A stretch of 64,000 nucleotides of DNA from Leptospira biflexa (GTDB lineage Bacteria > Spirochaetota > Leptospiria > Turneriellales > DYLW01): contig DYOA01000001.1 in the NCBI GenBank assembly GCA_020720785.1, positions 195-64,194 of the forward strand, given 5' to 3'. This document shows, piece by piece, positions 57,538 to 64,000 of this stretch. Made by a program: the position numbers and the translations under genes. Each line of letters starts with the position of its first letter. Within the stretch, counting starts at the first letter, position 1. Under the pieces are notes generated by a model. It was not told the DNA's origin. It was given only the letters and a program-made list of their open reading frames with translations, and made no database searches.

Positions 57538-58614
57538 ATGGCAAGCGATGGATCCTTATCTCAAGACGAAATTGATGCCCTTTTAATGGGTGCTGACGAT
57601 ATGTCACAGGGAAGCGGTTCCCTGGACTTAAAAATGGGTTCCGGTGGCGGCATGGGCGATGGTTCTCTGGGGGCAGTGGAAACAGATTTGCTTTCCGATT
57701 CTTTCAATGAAGCAATATCCATTGCGGCACAGCAGGCCTCCACAATGATCACAAAAAATGTTAGTATCAGTAATGCTAGCGTGGAAGAGGTTCCTGTGGC
57801 CCCCGGAGACATCCAGCCCGGCAGCGTTCTGGTAAAAATCAATATGGGATCTGTTCCCACCGCACTTGTGTATCCGGAAGATGTGGCCAAAAATATTGGT
57901 GCTGCCATGATGGGTTCCGATACCGATTTTGACACCATTGATGAAGGTCAGATTTCCGCGATTGGGGAAGTTTCCCAGACCATTCTTTCTTCCCTGAGCC
58001 AGAACTTAAGCAACAAATTCAGCGATAATTTATCCCCCTCATCTCCGGATGGATTGGTATTTACCGGCAGAGAACCTCTGGGTCTGAACGGCTCCAAGGC
58101 AATCCGGATTACCTATAATATTTCCGTGGAGGGCGGAAAATCCGGAAAAATGGTCCATTATATTGATCATGCCGGTGCCACCCGGTGGGCCAGGTCAGGT
58201 TCCATGTCCATGCCTGGGGATATGGGCTTGGGGCAGCAGTCCAAAGGTTTTTCTTCATCGGCGGCACCCACCGGGGTACCCTATAACGAAGTATCCTATC
58301 CCAGTTTTAACCAGGGAGGAATGCAATCCCGTAAGGCAGACCTGCCACCTAACTATGAACTTCTGCTTGATGTGCAGATGATTCTGACGGTGGAACTTGG
58401 AAGAACAAAGAAATATGTAAAGGATATCCTGAGTCTGGGTGAAGGATCCATTATTGAGCTGGACAAGCTGGCCGGTGAGCCTGTGGATCTGCTGGTGAAT
58501 GGGAAACTGATTGCCCGTGGTGAGGTTGTGGTCATTGATGAAAACTTTGGTGTCCGCGTTACCGACATTGTGGCTCCTGCAGAACGTCTGGCAAAAATGT
58601 CCGGAAGTAACTGA
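57538..58614 (+). CDS. fliY: Flagellar motor switch protein, FliY-type (CheY-binding peptide + CheC-like middle + FliN domain)
   Basis: N-terminal LSQDEIDALL. C-terminal SpoA/FliN block ELGRTKKYVKDILSLGEGSIIELDKLAGEPVDLLVNGKLIARGEVVVIDENFGVRV. Confidence 0.75.
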   Translation: MASDGSLSQDEIDALLMGADDMSQGSGSLDLKMGSGGGMGDGSLGAVETDLLSDSFNEAISIAAQQASTMITKNVSISNASVEEVPVAPGDIQPGSVLVKINMGSVPTALVYPEDVAKNIGAAMMGSDTDFDTIDEGQISAIGEVSQTILSSLSQNLSNKFSDNLSPSSPDGLVFTGREPLGLNGSKAIRITYNISVEGGKSGKMVHYIDHAGATRWARSGSMSMPGDMGLGQQSKGFSSSAAPTGVPYNEVSYPSFNQGGMQSRKADLPPNYELLLDVQMILTVELGRTKKYVKDILSLGEGSIIELDKLAGEPVDLLVNGKLIARGEVVVIDENFGVRVTDIVAPAERLAKMSGSN

Positions 58615-59079
58615 TTACGGTAAAACCACTTTCACTTCCGGAGAGGGGAGGGATTCCACTTTATTATAGGAATACGCACTCATCCGAATGTAATATGTCT
58701 CTCCGGAATTCAGCCGTATGATTCCATACCGCAGAAAATCAATCGTCAGGGTTTTACTCTGGGATGTATTAAAATCGTCCGATGTGTGCCGGACGCTGGG
58801 CTGGGATCCTTCCGTGAGATATGGAACGATCACTCTGGACGTGATATATGAGTCCGGTATGGAAGTCTGGGATATATAAACATTATACCCAGTAAATGTA
58901 TTCTCGGTATTGGTCACCATATAGGAAAGCCGGATGGATTCCGATGATGCCGCAACGGCCGCTAACTGGTACGGGCGTTTCAGGGAGTCTTCTTCCGCAT
59001 ACGGCAGATTGGTGGAGCAAGTGGATAAAAAGCCTGTCGTTATGGCGATAAAAAGAATCCTGAATCCAAGGGCGTGCAT
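58615..59079 (-). CDS. Hypothetical lipoprotein with FN3-like pattern (154 aa)
   Basis: Lipobox FLSTC. SIRLSYMVTNTENTFTGYNVYIS resembles an FN3 strand pattern. Abuts the upstream gene. Confidence 0.45.
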   Translation of the reverse strand: MHALGFRILFIAITTGFLSTCSTNLPYAEEDSLKRPYQLAAVAASSESIRLSYMVTNTENTFTGYNVYISQTSIPDSYITSRVIVPYLTEGSQPSVRHTSDDFNTSQSKTLTIDFLRYGIIRLNSGETYYIRMSAYSYNKVESLPSPEVKVVLP

Positions 59080-60687
59080 TTAATACTCCCAATCCCTGGT
59101 TTTATTTCTTTCGTCAAGGCGAATTTCCAGAATCTCCCCGCCAAACACATAAAAAGATCCCCCATGCAGGCTTTTGTGGAGATAGGACTCCGGATTCTGA
59201 AAATAATCTGGCATGGAAATTTCCAGCAGTGCCGGGATATCATTTCTGTTGGAGAAAACTTTTCCGTAGCCCCGGTGGTTGATATTCTGGCTGGATATAT
59301 TTTCCCCCGTTAAGGAAATCATAAAATAATAGGAACGGCTTTGTTCACTGCGGGCGGCCAGGTATTCACGATAGGGAACCTGAATCCAGAAAGCGATGTT
59401 CTCCGTCCGGACCAGAAGGCGAACATTCTGCTCCTCCCCAATTTGTATTCTATTAGAGCTTTTTTCCTGAACAGAATTGAGATGCCGGTAGAAGAGATCG
59501 GAAGAATACCCTTTGTCCCCGGTTTCTATCAGCTTGATTCCGTGTAGCTCTTCATGCAGGCATACCAGGGAGCAGTTTCTTCTATACAACCTTTCCGGGA
59601 TGCTCACAGACGGGGCACTTTTATCCCATTCCAGGGATTGTGCTTGGTAAAGGCGGTAATTGCGGAGCATCAAATACAGGGAGGAACCATCCGGATTTGC
59701 GGCACGTTCCCAGGCTATGTTATCGTAATAGAAAATATTTTTATTGCCGGATGCCAGGGAATCCAGATATTTCCGCGATGGGTTGTCTATGCCGGAGATG
59801 CCCAGAATGTAGATGGAATGTCTCCGGGCAAGATCGGAAATCATTCGGGAGAAGGTGCCTTTTGCGGTGGAATTTTCCAATCCTCCGTTATGGTAAAGAA
59901 TCACGGGGGTTTTGGGGTTACCGGAAAGAGCGGAGTCTGCACAGTTTTTCATCTTCTGCCAGCTTTCCGCGTTCAGGGAAGAGCCGGAATACCTCAGCGA
60001 AGTAAGTTTTCCGGTCTGTATCTGGATATCCGCAAAAGGATAAAAAATATTGTTTTCTCCGTTTTTAACCGCACACACGGCCAGTTTATCCGCTGCCAGT
60101 GATGATATTTTTTTTCGGTAATCCACGGATTCATAATACCCCGCTCCAGAGGAATCCAGAAGAAGAAGGTATTGGACAGACGGGACGGCACTGAAATTAT
60201 ACAGAAACGGACTACCCGGATAACGGATGTCCAAATTCTTCCGAATCGCGGACATAATGCTGGAATCCGAGGTCTGTATAACATTGGAGACTTTTCCGCT
60301 GGAGTCTGAATACAATGCCGTGGAGAGATGGTATTTCCCGTCCGAGTGGGTGAGCTTGGACAGGAGGATATTTTTTGCGTGGATTCCTTTTGCGACTCTT
60401 CTTAAATCACCTTCCCCAAAGCGGTTCCATGCGGTGAGATTATTGCGGAGAAAGGTATCCCGCAAAGCCGGGGGATGATAATAACCGGGAATTTTCCTTA
60501 ACTGGGTGTAATGGTATATAAGACGGGACAGCTCCCAGGAGTTTTCCTCCCTTGAGAAATTATGCGGGGAAGGGAAGGGTAAATGCAGAGCGGGCAGTTC
60601 GTGCCGGACGGGGAAAACCACGGATTCTGCCCATGCTCCTTTGATCAGGATTAAGGAAATTATGCTCAATAAAAATGTCCTTTTCAT
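59080..60687 (-). CDS. Hypothetical secreted protein (about 535 aa), possible degenerate vWA-like segment
   Basis: Signal peptide MKRTFLLSIISLILIKGAWA. YLLLLDSSGAG resembles a degraded MIDAS. Met 60687 overlaps the murG stop (TAATG). Confidence 0.5.
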   Translation of the reverse strand: MKRTFLLSIISLILIKGAWAESVVFPVRHELPALHLPFPSPHNFSREENSWELSRLIYHYTQLRKIPGYYHPPALRDTFLRNNLTAWNRFGEGDLRRVAKGIHAKNILLSKLTHSDGKYHLSTALYSDSSGKVSNVIQTSDSSIMSAIRKNLDIRYPGSPFLYNFSAVPSVQYLLLLDSSGAGYYESVDYRKKISSLAADKLAVCAVKNGENNIFYPFADIQIQTGKLTSLRYSGSSLNAESWQKMKNCADSALSGNPKTPVILYHNGGLENSTAKGTFSRMISDLARRHSIYILGISGIDNPSRKYLDSLASGNKNIFYYDNIAWERAANPDGSSLYLMLRNYRLYQAQSLEWDKSAPSVSIPERLYRRNCSLVCLHEELHGIKLIETGDKGYSSDLFYRHLNSVQEKSSNRIQIGEEQNVRLLVRTENIAFWIQVPYREYLAARSEQSRSYYFMISLTGENISSQNINHRGYGKVFSNRNDIPALLEISMPDYFQNPESYLHKSLHGGSFYVFGGEILEIRLDERNKTRDWEY

Positions 60688-61730
60688 TATACCATGCCTT
60701 TCATTATTTCCCAGACCGATTGGTGGGCGTCCAGCGGGATGCCGGTTTCCCATTCCGGGTTCCGGGCATTTTTCATTATTTCCGGATCTTCCAGAATGGC
60801 TTTCACTTCCCGGGCGGCCTCCATGGCATTAAACGGGTGCATTTGCACTATTGCACAGACTCCGGCCTCCTGGAGAGCGGCAGCGTTATGGTACTGGTGA
60901 TTATCTGTCGCATGAGGGTAAGGAAAGTAAATGGCCGGTTTATGGAAGACCAGATTTTCAAAGACAGTCCCGGAGCCGGAGCGGCAGATTACCAGATCAC
61001 ATTCATTGAGCTTATTGTGCATGTCTTCAATAAATCCATAAACGGCATCGGATTTTCTGGCTTGGCTGGACACATCGGCCAGATTTTTTTCTCCGGCAGA
61101 AAGTGTGATTTTTATTTTATCAAAATAGGGATCCCGGATCATGGCCTGATACAACTGGTTTAAATGTCTGGCTCCCTGTGAACCACCGGTAATCAGAATG
61201 GAGCGGGGATGGCGATGGTTTTCTCCCGGTTGATATTTTTCACGGATTTGTCTCCGGACAGGATTGCCGGTTAAATGCTCATTGCTCCCGTAATGGTTGC
61301 GGGGAAAGCTGTAAAAAACCCCTTTTGCGTTCTTTCTGAATACCCGGGTGACCATTCCGGGACGTGAATTTTGTTCAAAAAGAAAATACGGGATCTTTTT
61401 CCATTGAGCGAATGCCAGAATGGGAAAAGAAGGATATCCACCAAAGGCCAGAATGGCATCTGGTCTGGATTTTTTCTGTTCCCGGGAGAGAATCCTCAGA
61501 GAACGGAAAAATCCCAGAAAAAAGGAAAGGGCGTCTCCGGGGGAACGGGGTATTTTTTTTGCGGGGTAGGAAAGTACGCGACCGGGCAAGGTACGGATAT
61601 CCGGGTAATCCAGATTTTTTTCCAGGGTAAAACAGAGCAGGTTTGTTCCGTCCGGAAGATTTTCCGCAACGGCCACACAGGGAGAAATATGCCCACCGGT
61701 GCCCCCGGCAGCCATCCAGATATTGGTCAT
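60687..61730 (-). CDS. murG: UDP-N-acetylglucosamine--N-acetylmuramyl-(pentapeptide) pyrophosphoryl-undecaprenol GlcNAc transferase
   Basis: AAGGTGGHISP N-terminus, GT28 architecture, ITGGSQGA block. Confidence 0.92.
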   Translation of the reverse strand: MTNIWMAAGGTGGHISPCVAVAENLPDGTNLLCFTLEKNLDYPDIRTLPGRVLSYPAKKIPRSPGDALSFFLGFFRSLRILSREQKKSRPDAILAFGGYPSFPILAFAQWKKIPYFLFEQNSRPGMVTRVFRKNAKGVFYSFPRNHYGSNEHLTGNPVRRQIREKYQPGENHRHPRSILITGGSQGARHLNQLYQAMIRDPYFDKIKITLSAGEKNLADVSSQARKSDAVYGFIEDMHNKLNECDLVICRSGSGTVFENLVFHKPAIYFPYPHATDNHQYHNAAALQEAGVCAIVQMHPFNAMEAAREVKAILEDPEIMKNARNPEWETGIPLDAHQSVWEIMKGMV

Positions 61731-61816
61731 GGAAAGTTATCCCAGAGGCAGATTTGGCGTAAAGAGATTTCTATGATAAACTGGACATTCGGTGAAAAAA
61801 TTCTTACCTTGAAATC

Positions 61817-62764
61817 ATGAGCCACCATTCACATTCGCATTTCAATCATAGCCATTCCTCCCATTCCCCGTCCCGGCAGACCGGAAAAAAGCTCCTCTGG
61901 ACGGTGGGGTTGAATGTTTCCATCACTGCTTTTCAGATTACCGGGGGGGTCCTCTCCAATTCCCTTTCCCTGCTCACAGATGCACTCCATAATCTGGGGG
62001 ATTCACTGTCGCTGGTGATGGCATATTTTGCCCATCGCTGGAGCGGCAAGGACCCTTCACCGGGCAAAACATTTGGTTATAAAAGACTCCAGATCATGGC
62101 TGCTTTCCTGAACTCGCTGATTCTGATTGTTTTTTCGTTGTTCATCATCAGGGAGTCTGTGGCCAGGCTGTGGCATCCGGAGCAAATATCGGAAAGTATT
62201 ATCTTTATGGTGGCACTGGCGGGTTTTCTCTTCAATGGTTTTTCTTTATTTCTTCTGCATTCGGAACAGAAGGAGAGTATGAACATCAAAGCCGCGTATC
62301 TTCATTTGTTCGGAGACATGGCGGTATCTCTGGGCGTGATGGTGGGGGCGGTGGGAATGTATTTTTTCCGGATCTATATGCTGGATTCGATTTTATCCAT
62401 GGTGATTGGAATCTGGATCATTTACTCTGCCATCGGAATATTCCAAGAAAGTGTCCGTATTCTGCTTCAGTTCGCCCCCAGAGGTCTGGATATCGCTCTG
62501 GTGCGGGCAAAGGTGGAATCCTTTCCGGAAGTAGCCAATATTCACCACCTCCATTTATGGCAACTGGACGATGATCTCATTTCCATGGAATGCCACATCG
62601 ACCTGAAAAAGGATATCCCGGTGAGCCAAACCCATAAACTAAAGGAAACCCTGTCCGCTGCGCTGGAACAGGGTTTTCATATTAACCATTTTACGTTTCA
62701 GTTTGAATACGGGGAATGTCCCAGCAAGGATCTGATTTACAAACCCATGCACGATCATTCATGA
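61817..62764 (+). CDS. Cation diffusion facilitator (CzcD/ZitB-like) metal efflux transporter
   Basis: His-rich N-terminus, six TM helices with HNLGD and HLFGD motifs, cytoplasmic C-terminal domain. Confidence 0.9.
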   Translation: MSHHSHSHFNHSHSSHSPSRQTGKKLLWTVGLNVSITAFQITGGVLSNSLSLLTDALHNLGDSLSLVMAYFAHRWSGKDPSPGKTFGYKRLQIMAAFLNSLILIVFSLFIIRESVARLWHPEQISESIIFMVALAGFLFNGFSLFLLHSEQKESMNIKAAYLHLFGDMAVSLGVMVGAVGMYFFRIYMLDSILSMVIGIWIIYSAIGIFQESVRILLQFAPRGLDIALVRAKVESFPEVANIHHLHLWQLDDDLISMECHIDLKKDIPVSQTHKLKETLSAALEQGFHINHFTFQFEYGECPSKDLIYKPMHDHS

Positions 62765-62968
62765 TTCCGTATTCTTCCTGCAGGTATTCATTTTTAGAAT
62801 GGGATAAAGAGGACAAAAACCAATCACGGAAACGGCCAGAAACACAATGGCAACAATTCCCAGGATGATAGCGGTTAACCCGTTTATCCAACCCATAAAA
62901 AACGCGATCCCAATGCCAATTGCGATGGCACTTCGTATGCCTCTGTCCAGATATCCCATGTTTTTCAT
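62759..62968 (-). CDS. DUF2892 (YgaP-like) small membrane protein
   Basis: DRGIRSAIAIGI...GFCPLY is the typical DUF2892 pattern. Met 62968 avoids overlap with the upstream gene. Confidence 0.7.
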   Translation of the reverse strand: MKNMGYLDRGIRSAIAIGIGIAFFMGWINGLTAIILGIVAIVFLAVSVIGFCPLYPILKMNTCRKNTES

Positions 62969-62982
62969 TTTAATCTTCTTTT

Positions 62983-63627
62983 TTAAAGTGTTTTGTAGGA
63001 AAACCACCAGTCAAAATTATCATATTCACCGGCTTTGCGTTTTTTCATGGTATCCATGTCCGATGCCGGAGGTATGATTACCTTGTCTCCAATCAGTGAA
63101 TTTTTGGGCCAGTCTGCCGGACATGCAACCCCGTTTTTATCCGATGTTTGCAGGGCTTTTACCACCCGGATAATCTCATCCATATTTCTACCAATTTCCT
63201 GTGGATAATAAAGGATGGTACGGGTAACTCCTTGTGCATCAATCACAAATACGGCACGGACAGTGTTGGTTCCTTTTCCGGGGTGCAGCAGCCCGATTTT
63301 TTCCGCCATAGCGTCATTGGCAGCGATAATGGGAAACTCAATGGATACCTTCAGCTCTTCATCAATCCACTCCACCCATTTGATATGGGAAAAAACCTGG
63401 TCAATGGAGAGACCAATCAGTTCGGTATTCATGGCCCGGAACTCGTTGTATCTTTGTTGAAAGGCAACAAATTCCGTGGTGCATACCGGGGTAAAATCCG
63501 CTGGATGGGAAAAAAGAACCAGCCATTTCCCCTTGTAATCCCCGGGAATGTTTTTCATCCCGTGGGTTGTTTTTGCTGTGATTTCGGGAAATTTATCCCC
63601 TAATAGCGGAAATGATCCTTCTGACAT
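62983..63627 (-). CDS. Peroxiredoxin (Prx6-like/1-Cys type AhpC-TSA family)
   Basis: Peroxidatic Cys motif [14 protein letters not shown], 214 aa. Confidence 0.92.
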   Translation of the reverse strand: MSEGSFPLLGDKFPEITAKTTHGMKNIPGDYKGKWLVLFSHPADFTPVCTTEFVAFQQRYNEFRAMNTELIGLSIDQVFSHIKWVEWIDEELKVSIEFPIIAANDAMAEKIGLLHPGKGTNTVRAVFVIDAQGVTRTILYYPQEIGRNMDEIIRVVKALQTSDKNGVACPADWPKNSLIGDKVIIPPASDMDTMKKRKAGEYDNFDWWFSYKTL

Positions 63628-63924
63628 GTTTAAACTCCTTGTTTTTTTGATTCCGGTTTCCCGGTTTGGTTAAGGAAAGATACATAGGGATGGGGGAGCC
63701 GGCAAAAATAATTAGATATTCTCCAAAAAAGTAAACATTATGATTATTATTCTCAATATTTTCTACGGATCCAGCACAGAAATTTCTCGCAAAACCAGGC
63801 ATTTACGGTATAGATGCGTCATTCAAATGGGAATTTGGCGGGGCTGAATATATGGAAAAAAAATAATTTGACAGCGTGTGTGGAAAAAAGATTCCGGTGT
63901 TGCTGTCAGAAAGGCAGCGCATTT

Positions 63925-63997
63925 GAGATGATAGCTCAGCCGGTAGAGCAACTGCCTTTTAAGCAGTGGGTCCCGGGTTCGAATCCCGGTCGTCTCA
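63925..63997 (+). tRNA. tRNA-Lys (anticodon UUU)
   Basis: Hand-folded cloverleaf: acceptor GAGATGA/TCGTCTC, D arm GCTC..GAGC, anticodon stem ACTGC/GCAGT with loop CTTTTAA, T arm CCGGG-TTCGAAT-CCCGG, discriminator A. CCA is not encoded. Confidence 0.9.
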
Positions 63998-64000
63998 TAA

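Overview
This is a dense, chromosomal-looking bacterial window, more than 90% coding, roughly 40-45% GC by eye, and it uses Shine-Dalgarno (SD) sites. Housekeeping genes are hpt, tsaC, cspA, gltX, rmuC, serS, rpoD, lepA, argJ, thiC, pheA, scpAB, trpS, thiS, rsmE, argC, sdhCAB, murG and tRNA-Lys. Interleaved with them are signalling proteins (a 7TMR-DISM/PP2C sensor, a CHASE2 class III cyclase, a GAF/degenerate-GGDEF-like protein, a PilZ-like protein). There is also a flbD-motA-motB-fliL-fliY flagellar block, an AmmeMemoRadiSam triad, envelope lipoprotein operons and a stand-alone CHAT protease. Some traits look Spirochaete/FCB-like (919-aa GreA, FlbD, FliY, b558-type SdhC), but the taxon cannot be determined here. 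I found no transposase, integrase, CRISPR array, rRNA or recognisable defence island. The main signals the gene list does not explain are these: (1) a canonical TPP riboswitch hidden inside the ORF-track N-terminus of ThiC; (2) an intergenic repeat family made of a perfect 13-bp palindrome GGTGACWGTCACC plus a 12-mer ATTATGTCRCAT, including a 33-bp tandem duplication, with the 12-mer pointing toward the next gene at five of six loci; (3) sigma28-like promoters before flbD and fliL and several leaderless-looking promoters; (4) eight convergent gene pairs whose 3' ends overlap or nearly abut, with no terminators. The best candidates for undescribed biology are the repeat/motif set, the CHAT protein with unrecognised flanking domains, and the AmmeMemoRadiSam + DUF115 + small-ORF cluster. 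None of these is proven. Everything was read by hand, so small-motif coordinates may be off by 1-2 nt.
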